Origin: Candidatus Calditenuaceae archaeon HR02
GTDB lineage: Archaea; Thermoproteota; Nitrososphaeria_A; Caldarchaeales; Calditenuaceae
Length of the DNA: 64,000 nucleotides
Assembly: GCA_002898395.1 (NCBI GenBank)
Contig: BEHE01000001.1
Location: 1 to 64,000 of the forward strand
Direction of reading: 5' to 3'
How positions within the stretch are numbered: position 1 is the stretch's first letter; every line of letters starts with the position of its first letter. This document shows, piece after piece, positions 49,094-59,021 of the stretch. Under the pieces are notes generated by a model. It searched no databases, was not told where the DNA came from, and saw only the letters and a list, made by a program, of their open reading frames with translations. The position numbers were made by a program, and so were the translations under genes.

Positions 49094-49543
49094 GTGGTTC
49101 GCGTCATGAATAGAAGCTGCTACTCCTCCCTCTCACGCTTTCTAAGAGTCAGCGACCTACCACCCCAGCTTGTCTTCACGGAATCAGGTAAGAAGGTTAG
49201 ATGTGTTACACACGCAGCCCTGGAGACAGCTGCGCTCATGAAGGGCGTTGTCACAATGGGGGTGTACGCGGCCAAGAGGATAGGCAACGACTATTACCTG
49301 TCCATTGAGGGTAGCCAGCTTCTTGGACCATACCTCGAGCGAGGCGTCATAGATGTCTCTATGAGTGAGGGGGAGAGCTGGATGAGGGGGGCCCCAATCG
49401 AGAGACAGGGACTCGAATTAGGCATAGCCGTAGTTAGGATGGGGTGGCTGTATCTCGGGTCTGGCCGCGTCTCGAGAGATGGGCGAGTCTATCCCCTCAT
49501 TCCGAAGGAAAGGATGATAAGCCATCAAGATGGTAGGGACTAG
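49094..49543 (+). CDS. NIP7/PUA-like partner of the m5C methyltransferase
   Basis: LSIEGSQL, W-RG, LGSG, IPKER; directly follows the methyltransferase. Confidence 0.7.
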   Translation: MVRVMNRSCYSSLSRFLRVSDLPPQLVFTESGKKVRCVTHAALETAALMKGVVTMGVYAAKRIGNDYYLSIEGSQLLGPYLERGVIDVSMSEGESWMRGAPIERQGLELGIAVVRMGWLYLGSGRVSRDGRVYPLIPKERMISHQDGRD

Positions 49544-49560
49544 TTGGTGCATAATAGAGG

Positions 49561-50871
49561 TTGAGAAACTATTACGACATAGTTGTCATTGGTGGAGGGA
49601 TTGTAGGAGTTTTCGCGACGCTTGATCTCGCACTCCGGGGAGCTTCGGTCCTTCTCTTGGAGAGGCGGAGAATCTGCTCTGGGACGTCTGGGAGGAGTCA
49701 CGGGATGCTTCACAGCGGTGCACGGTATGCAACCACAGACCCTAAGGCGGCTGAAGAATGCATCAGGGAGAATAGGATTCTCTCGGAGATGGCGCCCCAC
49801 TGTATCCGAGATGTCGGAGGCTTCTTCGTCTCTGTAAACCCTGGGGAGGAGGAATACCACCGCCCGCTTCTAAGCTCCTGTAGGATGGCCGGCATACCAT
49901 CGAGAGAAGTCGATGTAGACCTGCCCAGAACACTGGAGCCTCACATCACACCTAATGCCCGCTCCGCCATCCTAGTCCCTGATAAAGTGGTTTACGCGAG
50001 GGACCTAGCATTCTCAGCCCTACTTATGGCGCTCACGAGAGGGGCTAGCGTCGTTGAAGGGGCTTTTGTGGAACGGATACAGATCGAGGGCGGCCAAGTC
50101 ACTGGTGTAGAGGCATCCTCCCCTAGTGGCGTTTTCAAGATTCGGTGTAGAGGCGTCGTTAATGCGGCCGGGCCTTGGTGCGGCGAGGTTGCAAGGAGGG
50201 CTGGACTCTCCGTAGAAGTCATACCTGCCGCAGGAGTTATGGGAGTAGCCAACGCGAACCTGACCCGCCACATAATAAACAGAATGAGGCCACCGAGCGA
50301 TGGTGACATACTCGTCCCCTATGCAGCCGGCGCGACAATAGCGGGGACGACCGCCAAGCTCGCCGAAGACCTAGACAGGCTCGGGGTGGGAGAGGAAGAC
50401 GCCGAGATACTCCTCCAGGAGTGCGGGGAAGTGGTGCCAGCCCTCAGGGCTATAGGGTTTTCACGCCTCTGTACCTCCGTCAGGCCGCTCATCGCGAAAA
50501 ATGTGGGTGAGACAGATCTACGCGAAATGACGAGGAGCTTTGAGGTCATAGACCATTCCGAGGAGGGTGCCAGAGGATTCGTAACAGCGGTGGGAGGTAA
50601 GCTGACCACTGGAAGACTGATAGCAGAAAAAGCGGTGAACACGATAGCGCCGCACCTAGGCATCCCAACTGGCAGCTTCACCGAGAAGATCAGACTGGAC
50701 CCTCCAAGCAGAGAAGAGGCAAAGGGGATTGAAGAGGCAATAGAGGCCGGCGAGGTGGTGGGGCCACTAAAAACCATGATACACGAATCGCTCGAGATGA
50801 TAGACGGTGAGAGGTATTGGAGTCTCCTACTCCCCCTAGTCTTCTCAAAGAGAGTGGGTGAGAGGCTCTGA
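49561..50871 (+). CDS. glpA: FAD-dependent glycerol-3-phosphate dehydrogenase (truncated GlpA-like)
   Basis: GGGIVG, GTSGRSHGMLHSGARY, NAAGPW, RPPSDGDI, GGKLTT. Confidence 0.85.
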   Translation: MRNYYDIVVIGGGIVGVFATLDLALRGASVLLLERRRICSGTSGRSHGMLHSGARYATTDPKAAEECIRENRILSEMAPHCIRDVGGFFVSVNPGEEEYHRPLLSSCRMAGIPSREVDVDLPRTLEPHITPNARSAILVPDKVVYARDLAFSALLMALTRGASVVEGAFVERIQIEGGQVTGVEASSPSGVFKIRCRGVVNAAGPWCGEVARRAGLSVEVIPAAGVMGVANANLTRHIINRMRPPSDGDILVPYAAGATIAGTTAKLAEDLDRLGVGEEDAEILLQECGEVVPALRAIGFSRLCTSVRPLIAKNVGETDLREMTRSFEVIDHSEEGARGFVTAVGGKLTTGRLIAEKAVNTIAPHLGIPTGSFTEKIRLDPPSREEAKGIEEAIEAGEVVGPLKTMIHESLEMIDGERYWSLLLPLVFSKRVGERL

Positions 50872-50873
50872 GG

Positions 50874-51335
50874 ATGGAAGGGTCGATGGAGGTTGCGGCA
50901 AGTCCCTCAGAGACCCTGCGTAGGCTCAGAGACCCTGCATGGCTGGGGAAATGCCTGCCCAACCTAGCCTCACTCGAGCTGTTGGGTGAGAGGGAATTCA
51001 AGGCCACCTTCTATTTGGACATAGGAGAGCTGACCAAGGTAGCAGGATACCTCTCTCGAATAAGGGCAGACATGAGGTTCAGATATGAAGACGAGGGGGG
51101 TGGTGGTGTGAGGGTGTTGGGGACGGGCAGAGTGGTGGGCGCAAAGATAGGCCTCACGATAGACGTGAAGGTCGCTCAGTCAGAGAAGGGGACTCAAATC
51201 AATTGGTCGGCAGACGCGGATCTAGGAGTAATCCAGAGGCTCCTCGGCGAGGCCACAATCCGCAGAGTCGCCCACAGGCAGATTGAACTCCTAACAGCCA
51301 AGCTCAAAGATGCGCTCGATAGCGGTATAAATTAA
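50874..51335 (+). CDS. CoxG/SRPBCC family protein
   Basis: L-DP-WLGKCLP N-terminal motif, helix-grip pattern. Confidence 0.8.
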   Translation: MEGSMEVAASPSETLRRLRDPAWLGKCLPNLASLELLGEREFKATFYLDIGELTKVAGYLSRIRADMRFRYEDEGGGGVRVLGTGRVVGAKIGLTIDVKVAQSEKGTQINWSADADLGVIQRLLGEATIRRVAHRQIELLTAKLKDALDSGIN

Positions 51336-51359
51336 GCCACAACACATCAATAACAGAAT

Positions 51360-52133
51360 TTGCCCGGAATCAAGGCTGTGCTCATGGACCTCGACGGGAC
51401 ACTCTTCCTAGGAGAATCCATCATACCAGGAGCGCCCGAGTCGTTAATGCGGATTAGGGAGTTGGGGTTAAGCATCACCTTCCTGACAAATAACTCCTTC
51501 TATTCCCGCAGGATGATCCTGGATAAGCTGGTCGACGCGGGGATAGAGTCTCGGCTGGAGGATATTGTGAACTCTGGGTTCGCCGCCTCGGAGTATTTGA
51601 AGGAGCGGAGGGGTTCTTGCAGGGTCTTCACAGTGGGAGACGTTGGGCTGGTGGAGGAGATTGTTTTGGGCGGACATATCCTCGTGGCGCGGGGCGATGA
51701 GGCGGATGCCGTCGTAGCGGGAGGGACTAAAGATATAAGTTATTGGAGGTTGGTTGAGGGGCATCGCGCCATAATGAACGGCGCACTCTTCCTAGCCACG
51801 AACAAGGACCACGTATACATGACTGAGAAGGGACCAATGCCCGGCGCCGGTGCGATAGTTAGCTTCCTCGAGACATCGACTAGACGTAAGGCGATACTTG
51901 TTGGGAAGCCTGAAAGATACATTGCCGACTTGGCGCTTAGAAAACTCTCTCTGAGCCCAAGGGAGGTTGTGGTAGTGGGCGATAATGAGGAAGTAGATAT
52001 GGCACTGGCAGAGGCGATAGGCTCTCAGGGGATTCTAGTTTTGACGGGTATAAGTAAGAACCCATCATCAAACAAGTGGCTAGTGGCGAAGACGCCTCTC
52101 GAAATCCCAAAAAGGCTTTCTACACTCATCTAA
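51360..52133 (+). CDS. HAD-IIA (NagD-like) phosphatase
   Basis: DLDGT, LTNN, GKP, VGD...D, VLTG. Confidence 0.9.
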   Translation: MPGIKAVLMDLDGTLFLGESIIPGAPESLMRIRELGLSITFLTNNSFYSRRMILDKLVDAGIESRLEDIVNSGFAASEYLKERRGSCRVFTVGDVGLVEEIVLGGHILVARGDEADAVVAGGTKDISYWRLVEGHRAIMNGALFLATNKDHVYMTEKGPMPGAGAIVSFLETSTRRKAILVGKPERYIADLALRKLSLSPREVVVVGDNEEVDMALAEAIGSQGILVLTGISKNPSSNKWLVAKTPLEIPKRLSTLI

Positions 52134-52138
52134 CTACT

Positions 52139-54022
52139 CTACATTTCTCGGAGGACCGGGATGCCTGTCAGGTTCATTGCACTAGTCTGGGCGATGATAT
52201 ATCCTTGGACTAAGGCCAGCCTGAAGGGGGCGGCCTCTCCCCCCTCTATCACGGGGCACTTTTCGTAGAACTCGTTAAAGTTGACAGCCATCTCCCGAGA
52301 GTGTGTTAGTAGCTGCCTAAGCCTCAGCGTCCTTGCCGACATCTCGATGACTAGTGGTAGGAATGATATAGAGCGTATCAAGAGCTTCTCCTCTTTGGCT
52401 AGCTCGCCGTAGGGTGTAGGATCGGCTTCTATCCCCCTGTCCTGGGCCTTTTCGAGAATCCTGTAAGAGCGGGCAATGCTATACTGTATATAGGGACCTG
52501 TGTCACCCTCGAGTCTAGTGGCTTCTCTCAGGTCGAATACTACTGCCTTCTCTGCCTCTGACCTCAGTATTGAGTATCTGAGGGCTCCCTGTGCAATGGC
52601 CTCAGCAACCTCGTCTACCTTATCACGGGGCCAGTCTGCGTGTCTCTTCCTGACCTCCTCAGCCGCGAGCCTCTTCAACTCGTCGAGAACCTCATCCACT
52701 TTAAAATAGATTCCTTTTCTACCGCTCATCTGTACGACTTTCCCCTCAACAGCTTCAACTCCCAACCTCTTGGCGGAGTCCGCGCTAAGGTATACACGCT
52801 CATAAGAATAGTGTAAGTACCTCTCACCATCTACGCCGAGCCTCGACAACACGTACCTCACCACCTCCTGCGGCCTCCTCTGCTCAGACCCGACGACTGT
52901 CACAACTAGGCTGGGCTTTGGGATGATAATGGGTGTGCCGTAATCCGTCTCTGTGATCGTTATTGGAGTGCCGTCTGGATTTCGACCCCACTGCCTGCCA
53001 TTAATCTTCACGTCCGATTCGCCAAGCTTCCAGAGGGCGAAGGCAATATCCCTCGCGACATACGTGGTTGAGCCGTCACTCTTCACTAGAATCTCGTCGC
53101 CCTCCTTGGAGAGGACAGGGTGACTGCTAAGGTCGACGCACCAGCAGCCCCTGTTCTCACCCTCCTCCGCCTTATAGATTATGCCCTTCTCGAGTAGTAG
53201 ATTGAAAGTCTTGACCCAAAGACCTGAGGCCACCACGTCGCTCTCCCTGAAGAGCAGGTCGTATCTCGCCCCTAGCCTCCAGCAAGTAGCTAGCTGATTA
53301 GAGAGCACTCTGTCTGCTACGAGCCGGGCATGCCTGAATTCCTCGCTACCCCTCTCCTCTATACTCTTAGCCAGGGCTCTCAGCCTCTCCTCGAGAGACC
53401 TATCCTCCTCCAGCCGCCGCGTAACCGTTACGTATACATGGTCTCCACAATACTCATCGAAACGGATACCTGGTGGCGGCTCCATAGGCATCCCCAGCGC
53501 GAGGAATCCTAGGAGGACGCTGGCCATCTGGGCGCCACTATCGTCCACGTAGTTCAGCACATAGACCCGGTAACCCACCTTCGCAAGTACACGCGCCACC
53601 GTGTCACCCACATACACATTCCTTGCATGACCTATGTGCAACGCCTTGTTTGGATTCACACTCGTATGCTCCACTAGCACAACCCGCCCCTCCCCCTCTC
53701 TCGACCCTCCATAATCCTTAGTCCCAAGCCGGACGACCTCGCTTAACGTATACTCTGAGAAGCGGCGCCAATCGGCGTAGAAGTTTATATAACCTGGAGG
53801 CGCAGCCTCCACACGTCCAATAAGCTCTCCACTCCCTAGCTTGGAGGCTATATCCCTCGCAAGCTCTAAAGGATTTCCTCCAGACCTCCTAGCCTCCTCT
53901 AGTGGGTATGGCGTGAAAGCCTCCCCGAACTCTGGAGACCTTGGAGGACCAATCCTCACATCCTCCAACCCAACCCCTGATAGCAGCCGCCTAGCCTCCT
54001 CGAAGAGCCTCTTAATCGTCAA
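52139..54022 (-). CDS. argS: Arginyl-tRNA synthetase
   Basis: SVNPNKALHIGHARN (HIGH), MSGRKG, GDTGPYIQY. Confidence 0.95.
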   Translation of the reverse strand: MTIKRLFEEARRLLSGVGLEDVRIGPPRSPEFGEAFTPYPLEEARRSGGNPLELARDIASKLGSGELIGRVEAAPPGYINFYADWRRFSEYTLSEVVRLGTKDYGGSREGEGRVVLVEHTSVNPNKALHIGHARNVYVGDTVARVLAKVGYRVYVLNYVDDSGAQMASVLLGFLALGMPMEPPPGIRFDEYCGDHVYVTVTRRLEEDRSLEERLRALAKSIEERGSEEFRHARLVADRVLSNQLATCWRLGARYDLLFRESDVVASGLWVKTFNLLLEKGIIYKAEEGENRGCWCVDLSSHPVLSKEGDEILVKSDGSTTYVARDIAFALWKLGESDVKINGRQWGRNPDGTPITITETDYGTPIIIPKPSLVVTVVGSEQRRPQEVVRYVLSRLGVDGERYLHYSYERVYLSADSAKRLGVEAVEGKVVQMSGRKGIYFKVDEVLDELKRLAAEEVRKRHADWPRDKVDEVAEAIAQGALRYSILRSEAEKAVVFDLREATRLEGDTGPYIQYSIARSYRILEKAQDRGIEADPTPYGELAKEEKLLIRSISFLPLVIEMSARTLRLRQLLTHSREMAVNFNEFYEKCPVIEGGEAAPFRLALVQGYIIAQTSAMNLTGIPVLREM

Positions 54023-54116
54023 TTACTCTTTCCAGCTATCAGTCGTTTCGCCTCCCGATATAAACTAAAACCCCGCAGAGCCGTGAAAACCTAAAAACGC
54101 CTCACGCACAGACCTG

Positions 54117-55280
54117 ATGGAGGAGGCGATGCCAACAAACCTCCCCGCCGAGGCGAGGCACAAGCTAGCCGAGTATCAATCGGCTAGGACTCTCGAGGAG
54201 AAGATCGAGGTTCTTAGACAGGCGCTCTCACTGATACCTGATCATAAGGGTACCGAGAAGCTGAGGAGGCAGTTGAGAAAGCGTCTGGCCGAGCTGAGAG
54301 ATGAGCTAGAGGAGAGGAGGGCTGCGAAGACTGGTGGGGTCTCCGTCTTCAGCGTAAAGAAGGAGGGCTGGGCTCAGGTGGCTCTGCTAGGAGTAACTAA
54401 CTCGGGTAAGTCAAGCCTATTCAGAGCGCTGACAGGAGCCCCCTCACCTGTTGCAGACTACCCCCTCGCAACCCAAAAGCCCTACCCCGGCATGATGGTC
54501 TACTCGGGCTGTGAGATACAGGTCATAGACCTTCCATCCCTTATGACAGAGGATCTCAAGGAGACAAACTTAGCCTCAAAGAGCATCGGAATCGCGAGGA
54601 ACAGCGACCTGCTTGCTATAGTGTTGGATGCTTCCCGAGACCCGCTGGCAGAGTTTAATGCCATTGAGTCGCTCCTAGAGGAGTATGGGATAACCCTGAA
54701 GAAGAGGCAGTTTGAGGTGGAAGTTGAGAGGACCGACAGCGGAGGGGTTAGGGTAGTTGTGATGGGCCAAGTTGAGGGGGGTCGAGAAGCTGTTAAGACC
54801 CTCGCCCAACAGCTCGGTATAAGGTCAGCTATTATCAAGATCGTGGGTAACGTCACCCTTGACGAGCTTGAGGAGGAACTAATCAGGAGGCCGGAACACA
54901 AAAAATGCCTAGTCATCGTGAACAAATCTGATATCGACGACGCGAAGGCTAGCGCGGCGATTAGAGAGCTGGAAGCCCGCGGATTCGCTGCGCTCAAAAC
55001 TTCAGCAAGCTCCGCAGATCTCGAAGGGGTAAAGGAGAGGGTCTTTAAGTCGCTCGACATGATAAGGGTCTACACTAGGAAGGATGGAGTAGTCTCGGAG
55101 AGGCCCATTCTACTAAAGAGAGGTGCGACCGTCTCCCAGCTCGCGGAGAAGATACACAGGGATTTCTCGGAGGCGTTGAAGTATGCGAGGGTTTGGGGTC
55201 CCTCCGCAAAGGTTCGAGGGGAGAAGGTAGGGAAGGAGCACGTACTCGAGGATGGTGATATAGTAGAGATAAGGGTCTAG
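54117..55280 (+). CDS. DRG/OBG-family GTPase with TGS domain
   Basis: MPTNLP, HKGTEKL, GVTNSGKS, NKSD, TGS VWGPSAK..G...LEDGD. Confidence 0.92.
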   Translation: MEEAMPTNLPAEARHKLAEYQSARTLEEKIEVLRQALSLIPDHKGTEKLRRQLRKRLAELRDELEERRAAKTGGVSVFSVKKEGWAQVALLGVTNSGKSSLFRALTGAPSPVADYPLATQKPYPGMMVYSGCEIQVIDLPSLMTEDLKETNLASKSIGIARNSDLLAIVLDASRDPLAEFNAIESLLEEYGITLKKRQFEVEVERTDSGGVRVVVMGQVEGGREAVKTLAQQLGIRSAIIKIVGNVTLDELEEELIRRPEHKKCLVIVNKSDIDDAKASAAIRELEARGFAALKTSASSADLEGVKERVFKSLDMIRVYTRKDGVVSERPILLKRGATVSQLAEKIHRDFSEALKYARVWGPSAKVRGEKVGKEHVLEDGDIVEIRV

Positions 55281-55335
55281 GGTGTTATGGGGTTGGATGC
55301 GATAGTTAAATAGGCTTGTATAGTCTTACTAAGTC

Positions 55336-56373
55336 ATGTCGATAGAGTTTAATCGGTATATTGTCGTGTCGCATTTTTCGCCCCCCGGGTTGGGCGAGAT
55401 TGAAGGGGCTCAGGTGATAGAGTTTCGACGAGATCCGTTGACTGGTAGATGGAGTAGGATAAATATCGAGCGGGCTAAGCGTCCGAAGCAGACGCCAAGC
55501 GGAGCAATGGTCCTAAAGGAGTTGGCTGAAAGGACGAGGGATAACTGCCCGTTCTGCCCTGAGAGGATAGAGACCAGTACACCCACCTTCACACTGCTTC
55601 CTTATAGACGCCTCCGCCGCGGGGACTGCTGGGTCTTCCCAAACCTATACCCCTTCTCTAAACACCACGCGGTCACAGTATTCACTCCACACCACTACAA
55701 GCCACTCGACACAATCACGCCTGAGGAGCTTAAGGCCGGCATAAACTCCGCGATAGAATATCTAAACGACATCCAAACCATAGACAGGTCCGCACGCTAT
55801 CCATTACTAGCTTGGAACAATCTCCCACCAGCGGGGGCCAGTATTGTTCACCCACACTTCCAAGTCCTAGTCGACGAGAGGCCTCCCGGCATAGTGTCAC
55901 AAGAGATCGGGGCAAGTGAAAAATATGCGGAGAGTGGGGGCTGCTTCTGGGAGGAGCTACTTGAGTCGGAGGAGGAGAGGGGGGAGAGGCTTGTGAAGTC
56001 AAGTCATTCAGTCTCTTGGATTACCAGCTTTTCCCCAATCGGTAACAGGGAGGTCCTAGCGGTCTTCAGGGGCAGGTCATCACTGGCCGATCTAACTCCC
56101 CGCGAAGTGGAAGAGTTTGCAGAGGGTCTAGCATCAGTGCTGAGATATTATTCCGAGTCTGGGTCAGAGAGTTTAAACATGCTTTTCTACTCTGGACCAC
56201 TAGGAGATGACATAAGCGGATACTTCTATCTCCACGCAAGGATAATAGCGAGACCGGCTCCATCAACACTCTACGTGAACGATGATGGCTTCCTCGAGAA
56301 GCTATGCGCGGAGCCCATCATAGATATGACGCCAGAAGATCTCGCAAAGGTCCTAAAAAGATACATGAAATAG
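55336..56373 (+). CDS. galT: Galactose-1-phosphate uridylyltransferase (HIT family)
   Basis: RRDPLTG, RAKRP, CPFCP, NLYP, GASIVHPHFQ. Confidence 0.88.
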   Translation: MSIEFNRYIVVSHFSPPGLGEIEGAQVIEFRRDPLTGRWSRINIERAKRPKQTPSGAMVLKELAERTRDNCPFCPERIETSTPTFTLLPYRRLRRGDCWVFPNLYPFSKHHAVTVFTPHHYKPLDTITPEELKAGINSAIEYLNDIQTIDRSARYPLLAWNNLPPAGASIVHPHFQVLVDERPPGIVSQEIGASEKYAESGGCFWEELLESEEERGERLVKSSHSVSWITSFSPIGNREVLAVFRGRSSLADLTPREVEEFAEGLASVLRYYSESGSESLNMLFYSGPLGDDISGYFYLHARIIARPAPSTLYVNDDGFLEKLCAEPIIDMTPEDLAKVLKRYMK

Positions 56374-56425
56374 CCCTGACACGAGTAGTATAGATAGGAA
56401 TTTTTATTCGCCACCACCCATATGA

Positions 56426-56731
56426 GTGGTGGGGGTCTTGATTACCGTCAAGACAAAGTACTACGCATATCTTCGCGAGTTGACGGGCATTCGAGAGGAG
56501 GAGATAACCCTAAGTGAAGGGGCGACAGTCCTCACCCTCATCGAATACCTCGTCAAGAAATATGGAGCCAGCTTCAAGAGCTACATACTCGCCGACAACA
56601 TGGGGCTGAAGCCTAGCATCGTCATCGCAATTAATGGTGTCAAGATTTCGGATGATCCGCTTAATAGAAGACTGCGGGATGGCGACACTTTAGTTATCCT
56701 ACCCCCAATATCTGGGGGAGTTAACGTCTAA
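56426..56731 (+). CDS. MoaD/SAMP/Urm1-like beta-grasp protein with residues after the GG
   Basis: KYYAYLRE..G...ING...L.DGD...LPPISGG-VNV. Confidence 0.88.
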   Translation: MVGVLITVKTKYYAYLRELTGIREEEITLSEGATVLTLIEYLVKKYGASFKSYILADNMGLKPSIVIAINGVKISDDPLNRRLRDGDTLVILPPISGGVNV

Positions 56732-57035
56732 GCCTCCTTAAAGCATCCAAGTCCATTGTCCCGTACGTCCTATACACATTTATTACCAGCACGACTCCCA
56801 CGGTGATGACCGCAGCCCCAGCTGCCATTGAGAGGACGACTATTGCCAGGGCATAGGGGTCTATTCCCCCTGGACTGTTCACCGCAAAAACAACGAAGTT
56901 TAGATGGGCCGCATTGATCATAAGCTCAACGCCTATCAATTGTTTAATGATGTTTCGCTTAGTCGTGAGGGTGTATATCCCGATCACGAAGATTAGGCCG
57001 GCAAAGATTGTATAGATTGTTGGGCTGAGGGCCAA
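56721..57035 (-). CDS. nuoK: NADH-quinone oxidoreductase subunit K-like
   Basis: IGIY...KRNIIK.LIGVELMINAAHLNFV, three TM. Confidence 0.85.
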   Translation of the reverse strand: MALSPTIYTIFAGLIFVIGIYTLTTKRNIIKQLIGVELMINAAHLNFVVFAVNSPGGIDPYALAIVVLSMAAGAAVITVGVVLVINVYRTYGTMDLDALRRLRR

Positions 57036-57039
57036 CCCT

Positions 57040-57300
57040 CTACTCTCCCTCCCTCAGAAGCGAAACAAGTCCGACAACGATTGTGAGAAGTATCACAATA
57101 ACCCCTGTTAGCACTGGGAAGAATCCCCCCCAGACATAGTCGCTTAAGACCCGGCCGATATCCTCAAGCCCGCCACTTATCACCCGATGCAAGTTCTCAC
57201 CCCAATATTCGTATAGCAGGGGACGCGTAGCTAAGCTCGTCAAGAATAGTGCCGAAAAGAGGGCTGTCGCGAGTATTCCCAACACCTCATTCACCCTCAA
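57040..57300 (-). CDS. NuoJ C-terminal half-like membrane protein
   Basis: Lies between nuoJ-N and nuoK; IGRVL...two TM. Confidence 0.6.
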   Translation of the reverse strand: MRVNEVLGILATALFSALFLTSLATRPLLYEYWGENLHRVISGGLEDIGRVLSDYVWGGFFPVLTGVIVILLTIVVGLVSLLREGE

Positions 57301-57551
57301 GTCTCATCCCTCCTAGTCGTCACCATTAACACCAATAGGAATAGGGCCATTACACCTCCGGAGTATACAATCATCTGGATCGCACCAATATGGACCGCAC
57401 CCAACGCCACAAAGATCAAGCCCACAGCTACGGTGAAGAGCAAAAGCCCAAAGACCGAGCGGGTGAGGCTGCGGGTCTCCACGGCAAATGCAGAGAACAC
57501 CACAGCGAGGACCAGTAGAAGGAGCTCGAGACCCTCAAGCATCAAGGCCAT
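57297..57551 (-). CDS. nuoJ: NuoJ N-terminal half
   Basis: LGA..IGAIQMIVYSGGVMALFL signature. Confidence 0.85.
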   Translation of the reverse strand: MALMLEGLELLLLVLAVVFSAFAVETRSLTRSVFGLLLFTVAVGLIFVALGAVHIGAIQMIVYSGGVMALFLLVLMVTTRRDET

Positions 57552-57625
57552 GAGAAAAACCTTCAAGCCTCTACAAATATGTGACATTTCCCGACATCGA
57601 CTCCAGAAGCGTCAGTATATGCGAG

Positions 57626-57997
57626 CTATTTGTCTCTCCGGAGTATACGGGGCAAAGAGAGGGAGACGAGCAGCCATGCAAGAGCTATCATAAGGCCGTG
57701 GCCCAGCCTAAACTCGACGCCTCTTGTGGCATCTATAACAGGGCCCCACATCCTATAAGTGATGTAGGCTGCGACCGCTGCGGTGTATGTAGCGAGAATA
57801 TTTGGGCGTGTATTAGTGAGGGATAGTGCCAGGGCCGCGGAGAATAGGGCTACGTTTAGGAGGTTGGAGAGGACGAGGTGAGTGAATCCAGCTTCAATCC
57901 ACAGCCTAGCGCCTTGAGCTGTGTATAGAAGCATGTTCGTGGCTGCGAGCGCCACGAATATCTTGCTCGTCTGGTTCATTTCATCGCTGAGGATCAC
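57626..57997 (-). CDS. Membrane protein of unknown function
   Basis: Four hydrophobic segments; start overlaps rpl18 stop. Confidence 0.65.
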   Translation of the reverse strand: MILSDEMNQTSKIFVALAATNMLLYTAQGARLWIEAGFTHLVLSNLLNVALFSAALALSLTNTRPNILATYTAAVAAYITYRMWGPVIDATRGVEFRLGHGLMIALAWLLVSLSLPRILRRDK

Positions 57998-58590
57998 TGG
58001 AGCAGGTTCAAGCCAGGTCCTCCCTGCGCTATTTTTTGCTTGACTTCCTCGAAGTGTTTAGGGAGGCTCTCAATATACTCTGGGTCTAGGGCGTGGAATT
58101 GGGTGGCGTTTCCTGATCCTTTAACGATTTTGAGGAAGTCTGCTATGTGCTGGCCCCTTATCCGCTCATCAGAGGGGAGGACGCCCTCGCCTACAGGTAT
58201 TGACAGCCCAGCGTCCAATGCACCCTTGACAGCCGCATAGAGCCGCGAGCCGGGATGGGATGGGTGTAATCCGAAGTCTACTATCGCTTCGGAATACCCC
58301 TTCTGGAGTGCCAGTTTACCCGCCATGAATCCAGCTAGATAGGCTGCTGGCGTGGATTTTGTTCCACCCCTCCAGCCATACTGTCTGAGGGCCCTTGTGG
58401 TAACGGTCAGAGCGGTATAGTCTCCGCCTCGCCTTGACTCAACTATCTGCACAATCACATACTTGTTTGTCCTCCTTACAACTAGCCGCGGCTTACCCGA
58501 CTTCACTATCTTCAGTCTTTTCCTATAGTTAGTCTTCCCGCTCAGGGCTCTTCGCGGAAGCCTCCTTTCCAGAATGTATCTTGGCGGCAA
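57994..58590 (-). CDS. rpl18: 50S ribosomal protein L18
   Basis: GKTNYRKRL, RLVVRRTN, PAAYLAG, KGALDAG, RIRGQHI. Confidence 0.96.
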   Translation of the reverse strand: MPPRYILERRLPRRALSGKTNYRKRLKIVKSGKPRLVVRRTNKYVIVQIVESRRGGDYTALTVTTRALRQYGWRGGTKSTPAAYLAGFMAGKLALQKGYSEAIVDFGLHPSHPGSRLYAAVKGALDAGLSIPVGEGVLPSDERIRGQHIADFLKIVKGSGNATQFHALDPEYIESLPKHFEEVKQKIAQGGPGLNLLQ

Positions 58591-58592
58591 TC

Positions 58593-59021
58593 CTATGCAC
58601 CAGCCAGCAGTAGGTTATTCTCTTTGAGGTAGGTTTTGAGCTCTGCGACTGATTTGAAGCGGCCGGCCTTTATCTGGAGATAGATGTGCCGGTAGGAGCC
58701 ATCCTTAAGCAGCTTCGCGGCCTTTAACCGCCTCAAGTATCTTCTTTGAGCCCTCACCCTCATCAACCACCTCTCCTTTCTCGAGAGGATGGAGTATTTT
58801 CCCCCTTTCCTCCTACCTGGCCCCCTCTTACCAGCCTCTTTTCTCCGCGTGTTTCCCCGCTTGGGAGCTGCATAGATTGCACCCTCACCAATCAACTGTC
58901 TTATATCAGACCGCGTTATCGCGTCCTCGATATCCTCAAGCCTCTCAGGGTCAAATCTGACCCTGCTCTCGCCGCACTTGAGTATATCAGCCGCCAACCT
59001 TCGCTGTATTGCTAGGCTCAT
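58593..59021 (-). CDS. rpl19e: 50S ribosomal protein L19e
   Basis: QRRLAADILKCG..RV.FDP, AITRSDIR, RGPGRRKG. Confidence 0.96.
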   Translation of the reverse strand: MSLAIQRRLAADILKCGESRVRFDPERLEDIEDAITRSDIRQLIGEGAIYAAPKRGNTRRKEAGKRGPGRRKGGKYSILSRKERWLMRVRAQRRYLRRLKAAKLLKDGSYRHIYLQIKAGRFKSVAELKTYLKENNLLLAGA

